A stretch of 64,000 nt of DNA from Gemmatimonadota bacterium (lineage in GTDB: Bacteria; Gemmatimonadota; Gemmatimonadetes; Longimicrobiales; RSA9), in assembly GCA_017881445.1 (NCBI GenBank), contig JADGQX010000002.1, positions 610-64,609 of the forward strand, given 5' to 3'. Positions 53,559 to 61,980 of the stretch are shown in pieces. The notes under the pieces are model-generated. The model did no database searches. It saw nothing but the letters and a program-made list of their open reading frames with translations, and was not told the DNA's origin. Both the position numbers and the translations under genes were made by a program. Each line of letters starts with the position of its first letter. Within the stretch, counting starts at the first letter, position 1.

Positions 53559-55811
53559 ATGGGTAAGACCAGAATGCAGCTTCGTCGCGCGCTACCGGTA
53601 GCCGCGATCGTGCTGTGCGCGGCTGCCGGGCCGGTGCCGTCCAGGGCGCCCGAGGAGATTCTCGTCGGACAACTCGACCGCGGCGGCCGGGTGCTGCTGG
53701 TCGGCTCCGATGCCGAGGGTTGGGGCATCCGGGTCGAAGCGCCGGGGATCGCGTCGGTCACGCAGCGCGAGCCCGTGCGCGCGAAGGCCTACCGGAGCGA
53801 AACGGACGTGACCGATCTCACCGCCCGGTATCGTTCGATCCGCCGGTCCGGCGACGGCTACCTCTGCGTCGGCGAGCTGTCTCCGGTGGACGGGGTGGTG
53901 CTGCGGTTCGAGGACACCTGGTCCGTTGCCGGTACGGCGCTCAACCTGTCCCGCACGGTGCGGGTGGCGGGGGCCTCGCACGGCGGCTTCTTCTCGGCTG
54001 TGACCTTCGCCACCGACGCGCCGCTGCTGTTTCCCGACGTGGACCACTTCGCGCCGGGGATGATCTACGGCGGCCCGCAGTACCTGACCGACAACGCGCC
54101 CGCTGGGATGCCGTCGTTCCGGGCCGGCACGTTCCAGGTGCGCGAAGACGGCTTTCCCCTCCCCGTGTATGGCCTGCACTTCAAGGATGGAACGTCGGTG
54201 GCGGTCCTGGATCGGCGGCCCGATGGGGGCACGACGGCGGCCGACTCCCGCGACGTGCGGGGCATCACGATGATCGACGAGCGTTTCCGGTTCGGGGCCC
54301 TGGGCGCGCACGAGACCGCGGACCAGAGAATCGAACTGGGCTACTGGTTTCCGGGGTCGATGGAGCCGCCCCCGCTCCTCTCCGCCGCTTCCCTGCGCAA
54401 TCAGCCGAGCGGCCGGCGGTTCCACCCCTTCCGGGACGGTCTCACCCAGCACTACGAGCTGGCGTTCCGGTTCGGCCGCGACGAATCGTTCCACGATTTC
54501 TACCGGAACAGCTGGCGTTGGGGATGGAACACCCTGAGCCCCGAGCTCCAGCATTACGACATGGCCATGATGCAGCGGATCCTGGCCGACCAGTTGACCA
54601 GCACCATACGCACGGTCGGGGGCCGCACCGGACTGCCGTTCTGGTACTACTCGACCACGGGTGAGCTCGGCGACCAGCTCTGGTTCATGAACGCCATCAT
54701 GGGCTTCGTCGGAAAGAACATCGAGGGCGCCGCGCTGCTGCTACAGGAGGCCGAGGGAGACAACAGCCCGCGGGGCCGGAGGCAGCGGCAGCTCGCGTTG
54801 AACATCCTGGACACGTTCGTGCGCGAGGTGAAGGTGTCGCCTCCCAGCGGCGAGGGGTTCAACCTGGACACGGGCGAACCGGCGGTCACGCGAGCGGACC
54901 TGTTCCTGGCCGTCCACCTGCGCGCGCTCACGGATGACATGCGGTGGGCGGTCAAGGCATACCAGCGGGAGCTGGCCCACGGGCGCGCGCACCCGAACTG
55001 GCTCCTTTGGTGCCGCCAGTTCGGCGAATGGCTGCTCGGCCAGCAGCGGCCCGACGGCAGCTTCCCACGTTCCTGGCAGCTCGGGACCGGGCAGGTGTTC
55101 AACGAGTCCAGCACGTCGAGCTACAACGCGATGGCCTTCCTGGTGACGCTGAAGCAAGTGACCGGGCAGGAGCGGTTTCTCACCGCGGCTGAGCGGGCGG
55201 GCGAGTACTCCTGGATGACCTATCATTCCCACGACGCGTTCGTCGGCGGGACGCTGGACAATCCGAACATCCTCGACAAGGAAGCTGCCACGCTGTCGCT
55301 GGAGGGCTACCTGGCGCTGTACGAGGACACGCACGATCCGCGCTGGCTGCGCCGGGCGAGGGTAGCGGCGGACTTCGCCGAAACCTGGATCTACGCCTGG
55401 AACCTGCCCATGCCGGTGGACGAGGACGATGCGGTCCTCCGGTGGAAGCGCGGAGCCAATACCATCGGGGTCAGCAAGATCAACAGCACGGGGTTCTCCG
55501 TGGACCAGTGGATGGCCGGCGACGCCGACGAGTACGCCCGGCTCTACGATCACACCAAAGACCCGCACTACCTGACCATTGCTCGCATCCTGATGCACAA
55601 CACCAAGAGCATGGTGGCCATCCCGGGGCGCATCTACGACCTGCACGGTCCTGGCTGGCAGCAGGAGGGCTGGAGTATGGTGCGACAGCGGGGGGTCGCC
55701 GGGCAGATCGGCTGGCTGCCGTGGGTCACCGTAAACCACCTCACCGGGATCCTCGCGCTCGAGGAGTACAGCATGGATCTGTATCGGCAGGTGGCGGACG
55801 GACGGAACTAG
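53559..55811 (+). CDS. unassigned secreted protein family, member C
   Basis: The gene is 750 aa. Blocks are MGFVGKNIEGA, DGSFPRSW, VGGTLDNPNILDKEAATLSLEGYLALYEDTHDPRWL, ADFAETW, NLPMPVDED, VDQWMAGD, PGWQQEGW and WVTVNH. It is the last gene of the B-GH43-C operon. Confidence 0.85.
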   Translation: MGKTRMQLRRALPVAAIVLCAAAGPVPSRAPEEILVGQLDRGGRVLLVGSDAEGWGIRVEAPGIASVTQREPVRAKAYRSETDVTDLTARYRSIRRSGDGYLCVGELSPVDGVVLRFEDTWSVAGTALNLSRTVRVAGASHGGFFSAVTFATDAPLLFPDVDHFAPGMIYGGPQYLTDNAPAGMPSFRAGTFQVREDGFPLPVYGLHFKDGTSVAVLDRRPDGGTTAADSRDVRGITMIDERFRFGALGAHETADQRIELGYWFPGSMEPPPLLSAASLRNQPSGRRFHPFRDGLTQHYELAFRFGRDESFHDFYRNSWRWGWNTLSPELQHYDMAMMQRILADQLTSTIRTVGGRTGLPFWYYSTTGELGDQLWFMNAIMGFVGKNIEGAALLLQEAEGDNSPRGRRQRQLALNILDTFVREVKVSPPSGEGFNLDTGEPAVTRADLFLAVHLRALTDDMRWAVKAYQRELAHGRAHPNWLLWCRQFGEWLLGQQRPDGSFPRSWQLGTGQVFNESSTSSYNAMAFLVTLKQVTGQERFLTAAERAGEYSWMTYHSHDAFVGGTLDNPNILDKEAATLSLEGYLALYEDTHDPRWLRRARVAADFAETWIYAWNLPMPVDEDDAVLRWKRGANTIGVSKINSTGFSVDQWMAGDADEYARLYDHTKDPHYLTIARILMHNTKSMVAIPGRIYDLHGPGWQQEGWSMVRQRGVAGQIGWLPWVTVNHLTGILALEEYSMDLYRQVADGRN

Positions 55812-55829
55812 AGTCGCTGGCAACAGCAA

Positions 55830-55860
55830 GGGCGCCCGCCGCCACAGGCGGCGGGCGCCC
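55830..55860. terminator. perfect 14-bp-stem hairpin between convergent genes
   Basis: GGGCGCCCGCCGCC-ACA-GGCGGCGGGCGCCC starts 19 nt after the stop at 55811. The opposite-strand gene ends at 55949. Confidence 0.6.
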
Positions 55861-55948
55861 CCGTCGACCTCGATGTCAGATGGGCACGGGCCGTGGGGAG
55901 CTCGCTTCCCCCTCGAGGCCTCGCGAGAGGACGTTCAAACGCTGCGAT

Positions 55949-56692
55949 CTACTTCACGAAAACCAGATCGCCGAATTGAGCCGGTGCATGGGGATGAGGC
56001 CAGTTTAGCTTGGAGTCGGCCCAGACGCTCAGGCGCCGGTTCGGTTCCACGCCATCCCAGCGGTTCAGGTTGGCGGTAAAGACGGTTCCAGCCTGCGGTG
56101 GCTTGGCCATATCCGAGAAGTTCTCCCAAGGTATGGCCATTTCGACGGTCCAGCCGCGGTCCTTATCCTCGCGCTGATTGAGAGTACCGTCAATCTGGAT
56201 GGCGATTTTGACGCCCTCCATCTGAAATCGTTTGATGTAGTACTGGGCATCGGCACTGTACGCGCAGAAGTAGTCCATCATCGCGCCGCGCACGTTGACC
56301 TCAATGCCGTAGTACCCGGCGATCTGGGAGGGCCGGACATTCAGGAATAACTCCACGGTATCGTCGCGGTAGACCCAGGCGTCCCGTTCCGTGAACTGCG
56401 CGACGATGTCCGTGTCCTCGACTTCGTAAGCGACATAGAGGTTGGTATCGTCCCAGAGCAGCCGGGCGTGCGTCTTCTGCTTTGCCCCGGTCTGTTGCTC
56501 CCACGGGAAGATGAACTCGAAGGCCGGGCTCGCCTGCGACCACTCGTTTGCGTTGACATGGCCGTCGATGGTGATCGGCGACGTCGCCCTCCGGACCTCG
56601 TAGCGCGGCCTCTGCGACTCCGTCTGACAGAGCGCACTCCGGGGGCCGAACAGCAGTACTACGCCAACCGTAATTCGGACTATCTGTTTCAT
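55949..56692 (-). CDS. CBM9-like (carbohydrate-binding family 9 / DOMON-like) secreted protein
   Basis: The 247-aa protein has a signal peptide. ITIDGHVNANEWSQASP, ARLLWDDTNLYVAYEVEDTDI, YRDDTVELFL and WTVEMAIPW fit the CBM9-like domain pattern. It starts 15 nt downstream of the 56708 gene on the same strand. Confidence 0.7.
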   Translation of the reverse strand: MKQIVRITVGVVLLFGPRSALCQTESQRPRYEVRRATSPITIDGHVNANEWSQASPAFEFIFPWEQQTGAKQKTHARLLWDDTNLYVAYEVEDTDIVAQFTERDAWVYRDDTVELFLNVRPSQIAGYYGIEVNVRGAMMDYFCAYSADAQYYIKRFQMEGVKIAIQIDGTLNQREDKDRGWTVEMAIPWENFSDMAKPPQAGTVFTANLNRWDGVEPNRRLSVWADSKLNWPHPHAPAQFGDLVFVK

Positions 56693-56707
56693 AATCGGCT
56701 GCAGTCC

Positions 56708-58840
56708 TCACCCCTCGAAATCTTTCCAGTCGGGCCAGTTCATCAGCGTGGTGAACCGGTGGGCAGCGGGCCAGGCGACCAGCCATTCGCGGGCATCTCC
56801 ATAGAGCCGCTTCCCATCCGCCGTGACCAGCCTGAGGCTGTAAGCTTCCGATTGGCTGCCAAGGGGACGTTTGACACCGTGGACAACCATGGTTCCATCC
56901 GAGATTCCATGGGTACCCTGGTTCCAGCACTGGATCGCGCGGTCCCGCCAGATGTCCTTTCCTGTCATCTTGGCCAGACGCAGCCACGCCCATGCCCACA
57001 AAGATCCCCAGGGATCCTGGCCCTGAGCCATCACGGTAATGCCGGTGCCTCCGAACCAGTCGTAGTTCATCTTCAGCAGGGGGCTGTCGGGATGCATTGG
57101 CGGCGCGTAGTGCCATTGCCAGCTCGCCAGGTAATAGGCGGCCAGCTCGAGGGCTTTCAGATACTCCTTCGAGCCGGTCAGCTCGTACAGGTCCATGGCC
57201 GCGAACAGCATTGGCACACCGGCCTCGCGGTCGATCGTATCGCCATCGATCGCCCCGCTGGTGCAGATGAAGTGGTCGAGATCGCGCTCCAGGTAAGCCT
57301 TGAACGCCCGCTTCGCCGCCTCCAGGTATTTCGCCTCGCGCGTGATCCTGTATGCCTTCAGCATGGGCATGAGCATGAACGCGCCGGTGGTGAAACCCGG
57401 CTGGAGGCACTCGCCCTCGAGCGACCACGCCTTGCCGAAGGTGCCATCGGGCAGAGCGTGCGTGACGAAGAAATCGCAGGCATCCAGGGGCATCTTCCGC
57501 CAGAGCGGCTTTTGTATGCCGATCTTCTCGGCCAGCTCAGAGGCCACCAGGTAGTTATAGGCGCCGAAGCCGAGATTCACGCAGTCCAGAAAATGCTCGT
57601 CCGGCTTGGCCTCCCTTCCCAGATAGGTTGCATTGTGGGACCCCCACGGAGAGATACCCAGCTTGATGCCCCACTCCGTGAGGAACAGGCCACTGGGCAG
57701 GCGTCCGTTCTCTGCCCAGAAATCCAATGACCGTTCGCCTTTGGTGAGCGAGTCCTGGTTCTTGTTCCAGATGTAGTCCTGGAGCATGACCACGCCCCAC
57801 TCGGCGTTCTGGTTGCACCATCCAATGTCAAAGGAGCCGAAAGCAGAGAACACCGGGAACTTCTGAAACCCATCCGGGCCCGGGGTCGCGTCGAACTTGG
57901 CCGCGCTCATCCCGAAGCAGAACCCGGTGAACTTCACCTTCGCGTCATCGTTGTCGTACCACAGCGACTCCTTGGCAAACCGGGTTCCGAGCTCCCAGAG
58001 ACGCTTGGGAGGGAAGGACGGCTTCACATCGTGGCGATTCAGGCGCCAGGCGTGGTCCATCCCGGCGCTGAAGGACCGCCGCTTCTGCGTGGCGGGCGCG
58101 AGGACGACGTACGCCGTCACCGAAAACTCCTCGCCCGCGGCTACGGCAAGCTCTTCCTTGAGGGCGGCGGCGCCGGTCCGGAGGTTGTCTCGTTCTGGCC
58201 AGAGCAGGCGGTGCGCGAGCTTGCGGTCCCGCTCCTCGAGCGAGAAAGCGCAGAACAGGGACTTACGCTCCACGGACGTGAAGACGAAGATGGACCAATC
58301 CCCGCCTTCCGAGTAGTTGCCCGCCGGGATGTTGGAACGAAACGCGGAGTAAACCCACGGCTTCCCCTCCGACGACAGACCCTTGGGGGCCCTGCGTCCG
58401 TATTCGGGATTGCCGTTATAGCTGATGCCGGGAATCAGCGTGAATTCCGGGGAATAGCCCGACTCGATCTCCATGCACAGGTCGGCCTGGACGGTCCCGC
58501 TGGTGCGATTCTTCCAGCTTCGCTTCCATTCGTAGAAACCGGCCTGCAGTTGTTGAATCTGCTCGCGCACCTCCCACGGACCACTCCGAAATGTCCGAAT
58601 GGCTTTCGTGGGGCTCACAGCGGCGAAGTTGACGTTATCCACGGCGCTTTCGCCGCCCTGCGCGACCGCGGGAATGTGAGCTATCGTCGTAGAGCCGCTG
58701 ACAAATCGCAAATCCGTGCCGACCTTTTCGATGCGAATGCCGGAAGCGGCAGCAAGTGCCAGCGGGTCCAGCAAGGCCGCCATGGCGGCGGAGATCACTA
58801 CCTCCCCGAATTCCCGTCTGGTCATCTGGGTCATGGTCAT
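56708..58840 (-). CDS. distant fifth member of the unassigned family, Tat-signal protein
   Basis: The N-terminus MTMTQMTRREFGEVVISAAMAALL has a twin-arginine motif. LPDGTFGKAW, GAIDGDTIDREAGVPMLFAAMDLYELTGSKEYLKALELAAYYLASWQWHY and GSQSEAY parallel DGSFPRSW, GGPID..N..KEAATL.LEGYLALYE.T....WL..A...ADFAETW and PGWQQEHW in the four paralogues. The start could be any of three ATGs between 58840 and 58825. Confidence 0.75.
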   Translation of the reverse strand: MTMTQMTRREFGEVVISAAMAALLDPLALAAASGIRIEKVGTDLRFVSGSTTIAHIPAVAQGGESAVDNVNFAAVSPTKAIRTFRSGPWEVREQIQQLQAGFYEWKRSWKNRTSGTVQADLCMEIESGYSPEFTLIPGISYNGNPEYGRRAPKGLSSEGKPWVYSAFRSNIPAGNYSEGGDWSIFVFTSVERKSLFCAFSLEERDRKLAHRLLWPERDNLRTGAAALKEELAVAAGEEFSVTAYVVLAPATQKRRSFSAGMDHAWRLNRHDVKPSFPPKRLWELGTRFAKESLWYDNDDAKVKFTGFCFGMSAAKFDATPGPDGFQKFPVFSAFGSFDIGWCNQNAEWGVVMLQDYIWNKNQDSLTKGERSLDFWAENGRLPSGLFLTEWGIKLGISPWGSHNATYLGREAKPDEHFLDCVNLGFGAYNYLVASELAEKIGIQKPLWRKMPLDACDFFVTHALPDGTFGKAWSLEGECLQPGFTTGAFMLMPMLKAYRITREAKYLEAAKRAFKAYLERDLDHFICTSGAIDGDTIDREAGVPMLFAAMDLYELTGSKEYLKALELAAYYLASWQWHYAPPMHPDSPLLKMNYDWFGGTGITVMAQGQDPWGSLWAWAWLRLAKMTGKDIWRDRAIQCWNQGTHGISDGTMVVHGVKRPLGSQSEAYSLRLVTADGKRLYGDAREWLVAWPAAHRFTTLMNWPDWKDFEG

Positions 58841-58894
58841 CTCAAGTGAAGTGACGCGTGCATTATCCCCAGGAGAGCCGGGGCGCACCTGCCC

Positions 58895-58992
58895 TCAAGC
58901 CCCGAAGTCCTTCCAGTTGAGCCAGTTCATCAGCGTCGTGAGCCGGCGGGCAGCGGGCCAGGCCCGCTGCCAGTCTCCACGATCGCCCACGG
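58895..58992 (-). pseudogene. 31-codon 3-prime relic of another 56708-like gene
   Basis: The reverse strand reads VGDRGDWQRAWPAARRLTTLMNWLNWKDFGA*. The C-terminus of the 56708 gene reads YGDAREWLVAWPAAHRFTTLMNWPDWKDFEG*, about 20 of 31 identical. DNA similarity is also visible (CCAGTTCATCAGCGT.GTGA.CCGG.GGGCAGCGGGCCAGG). The relic abuts the stop of the GH43 gene at 58993. Confidence 0.6.
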
Positions 58993-60144
58993 CTACGGGT
59001 TGTATCGCGGTCCGAGAATCAGTTTGTCGCCGGAATCATCGATTTCATAGAGTTGCGGCTTGCGTGGTCCGTCGCCTTCGACATGGTGAATGATCAGCAG
59101 CCGCTTCCCTTCGAAGGTCGTGAACATCATGCCGTGTCCGGAATTGTCACCCTTGAACGCTTCCGTTTCCTGAACCCACGGCCCTTCAATGGACCCGGAT
59201 TGCGAGTACGCCACACCCTGCGCGTAGCGATGAGCGCCCCAGCTCGACCACAACATACCCAGTTTGCCGGTCTTGGTCCGGAAAAGCTCGGGGCCGTCAG
59301 TCACCCACCCAGGAATCCTCAGGCCGTAGGTCATTTCTCCGTTTCCGACCATCTCGAGCGCCCACGGCGCTTCGCTTGCGCGGAACATGACGGTGGGCTT
59401 TTCAGCAAGTCTGCTCAGATCAGGCGCCAGGTTCGCGTATTCCATCGTGCCATCGATCGTCTGCAGCCACTCATGAGCGAAAACAAAATACGCAACACCA
59501 TTTTCATTCCATATGGTCCCATCAATTGTGCGCCAGTTGTGTGGCAGATAATCGAAGGCCAGATCGGAAGTCATAGGCTTATATGGGCCATCGACTTTGG
59601 CCGACACCAAAATGGTGGTTTGATGACGGGTGATGTTGTACCTGCGAGGTACGACATCAACGAGCTGTTTCGCGTCGGCGAAGGTGGCCGCGTAATAGTA
59701 CTTCCCGTTCACATGATGAATTTCGGCGGCGGATACACCGGTGATTCCCTGCATCCAGGTGCCGGACACATCATATGCCCCATACGGGCCGGTCCAGCTT
59801 CTCAGGTCCTTGCTCTTGTAGATGCTGCCGCCGCTGCTCGTCAGGTAATAGCTCCTGGTGGCCTCGTCCGGATAGATGAACGGGTCGCTCAGGCTCAGCT
59901 CATCAAGCGTTGTAGTGACGATCTCACGTGCATCGGTCACGCTGGCGCTGGGTCGACGAGGTCTCGGAGCGTTCGCCGTGGGCGCGTTGGCTGAAGGCAT
60001 CCCGAATCCTCTGGAACCGGCGGGAGCGGGAATGGTGACTGTCGGCACGAGTGCGTCAGGGGGCGCGGCGGCCTTGGAGTGTGCCTGACAGGCCGTCAGC
60101 ACCGCGAGTGATGAGGCGACCCACAAACCCGAAGTTCTTGTCAT
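58993..60144 (-). CDS. GH43-family (clan GH-F) lipoprotein, arabinofuranosidase-like
   Basis: The lipobox is LAVLTAC. DPFIYPDEATRSYYLTSS, AAEIHHVNGKYYYAATF, TIDGTIWNENGVAYFVFAHEW and VTDGPELFRTKTGKLGMLWSSW are five-bladed-propeller GH43 blocks. A hand count on one line gives about 48% GC. Confidence 0.75.
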   Translation of the reverse strand: MTRTSGLWVASSLAVLTACQAHSKAAAPPDALVPTVTIPAPAGSRGFGMPSANAPTANAPRPRRPSASVTDAREIVTTTLDELSLSDPFIYPDEATRSYYLTSSGGSIYKSKDLRSWTGPYGAYDVSGTWMQGITGVSAAEIHHVNGKYYYAATFADAKQLVDVVPRRYNITRHQTTILVSAKVDGPYKPMTSDLAFDYLPHNWRTIDGTIWNENGVAYFVFAHEWLQTIDGTMEYANLAPDLSRLAEKPTVMFRASEAPWALEMVGNGEMTYGLRIPGWVTDGPELFRTKTGKLGMLWSSWGAHRYAQGVAYSQSGSIEGPWVQETEAFKGDNSGHGMMFTTFEGKRLLIIHHVEGDGPRKPQLYEIDDSGDKLILGPRYNP

Positions 60145-60287
60145 AACGCCTCGCTGCAGGTTGTTACTTCAAATTCGGAATCGACGCGGCGCAGAATGGA
60201 GAGTAGTCGGCGCCGGCTGGCGAAGGTCTACAACAACGGGCGCCTGCGGCCGCAGGCCGCAGGCGCCCTTCATTCCCGGCCCACCCG

Positions 60288-61868
60288 CTAGGGCAGCCCT
60301 CGGAGCTGGAAGTTCTTCACGAAGACCTCTCCGGGTCCGCAAGCGAAGATTCCCGGCCGAACGCCCTCCCACGAACCGAGCGTGTTCCGAGTCATCCCGG
60401 AGACATCGGCCGTGGCCGGCACCTTCTTCCAGTCCTGGCCGTCCGAGCTGAAGAACATCCTCACGAGATCATCCTTGAACTGCATCTTCATGAAGATGTG
60501 ATTGCCCTGGTACGGTGTCGGGTAGTTGATGTCGCCCGTATAAGCCATGTAGGGCCGGACCGCCCCGTCCTTCAGTCCCTGGGCCGTATACGCGTTCCGG
60601 CTGTAGTACACCGTTGTACCGCCGGTGACGCCGGGGGGCACGGTCATCTCGACGGTGTATTCATAGGCGGTATGGGTCACCGGCATGACCATGGGAGCAC
60701 AATCCTTGACGGATTCTCCGGTCCCGCGGAGATAGAGGCCGCCGTCGGCGAAGCGGTATCGTCCTTCCGCCGACTCGGCCGGGAAACCCCACTTGAGATC
60801 GAGCGCGGGACCCTTGAAGTCGTCCGACTCCGTGAAGCCGTGCTTCACGGCCTCGCCTGCGGGCTTGCGGATGGGCTGATCCAGTCGGGTGCCGGGAGGG
60901 ATCCGGAACCACCCGTCCTTGGTCCATTCGATCGGTGCCAGGAAGATCTGGCGCCCGATGTTCTCGCGGCCTTTCAGAAAGGCGTGGTAAAACATGTACC
61001 ACTTGCCGTCCGGGGTGTCGATCAGCCGGCCATTGCCCTGTGACCAGATCGGCTCGTCGGCGCTGTAGGTATGGACGATCGGATTGTAGGGGGAGTTCTC
61101 CCAGGGTCCTTCCATGGAACGTGCGCGTGCGGCCACGACCATGTGGCTGGTCGGCGGCCCCGTCGTTCCGCCCTGAGCGCCCGTCAGGTAGTAGTATCCG
61201 TCCTTGTAGAAGACATTCCAGCCTTCGTGGCACGGGCATTCGATGTCCCATTCCGGCGGGATGGGCCAGCCGTGGTAGATCTTCGTGGGCCCGTTCAGAA
61301 TGCTCTTACCGTCTTTTGCCAGCTCAAAGAGATTGACTTCCTGGAATCCGGCGACCGCCCAGCGCCGTCCGTCCGGGCCCGATCCCACGGTCAGATCCCA
61401 GGTCGTCCCACCCATGGAAACGGGCTCGCTCCAGGGGCCCTGGGGGGCTTTCGCAGTCCTGACCGTGATGCCGCCCCGGCCGCCGGTGTAGAAGTACAGC
61501 GAGTCGCCATACTGAGAGAGATCGCCGCCGCCGCCCCGCTCCGGGAACATGTGGCCGACGGGCTCCCAGTTCACCAGGTCGCGCGAATGCCAGATCAGGT
61601 GGCCGGGCGCGACGGTGTAGAAATGTACGAGGTAGTAATCCTGGCCGATGCGGACAGCACCGATGTCCGCGATATCGCCCGCCATGATGATCGGGTTTCG
61701 ATAATAGCCATTCCCCAGATCTCCGTACCGCTGCGCAGCGGCCGGAGCTGCCGAGGGGCCTCCGGCCGGCGGCGGCGAGTGACCGGGGGCGCAGCCGGAG
61801 GCGAAGGCAACCAGGAAAGAGAATACCGCGGGTATGGCGGTCCTTTTGATCACGAAAACCCTCCCCAT
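60288..61868 (-). CDS. GH43 with a C-terminal GH43_C2 domain, lipoprotein
   Basis: Blocks are GNGYYRNPIIMAG, IWHSRDLVNWEPVG, HEGWNVFYKDGYYYLTGAQGGTTG, SPYNPIV and FLAPIEWTKDGWF. The lipobox is LVAFASGC. An alternative start is GTG 61853, preceded by GGGAGGG. Confidence 0.85.
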   Translation of the reverse strand: MGRVFVIKRTAIPAVFSFLVAFASGCAPGHSPPPAGGPSAAPAAAQRYGDLGNGYYRNPIIMAGDIADIGAVRIGQDYYLVHFYTVAPGHLIWHSRDLVNWEPVGHMFPERGGGGDLSQYGDSLYFYTGGRGGITVRTAKAPQGPWSEPVSMGGTTWDLTVGSGPDGRRWAVAGFQEVNLFELAKDGKSILNGPTKIYHGWPIPPEWDIECPCHEGWNVFYKDGYYYLTGAQGGTTGPPTSHMVVAARARSMEGPWENSPYNPIVHTYSADEPIWSQGNGRLIDTPDGKWYMFYHAFLKGRENIGRQIFLAPIEWTKDGWFRIPPGTRLDQPIRKPAGEAVKHGFTESDDFKGPALDLKWGFPAESAEGRYRFADGGLYLRGTGESVKDCAPMVMPVTHTAYEYTVEMTVPPGVTGGTTVYYSRNAYTAQGLKDGAVRPYMAYTGDINYPTPYQGNHIFMKMQFKDDLVRMFFSSDGQDWKKVPATADVSGMTRNTLGSWEGVRPGIFACGPGEVFVKNFQLRGLP

Positions 61869-61980
61869 CTCATGATGTAAGCGTACATGCGAGCTGCCTT
61901 TGCAGCACCGGGTCCCGCGGGGCCGAGCCTCGGCTCGGCCCCGGTCGACCAGAAAAGCGTCGCATGACACCAAGGCCTGG

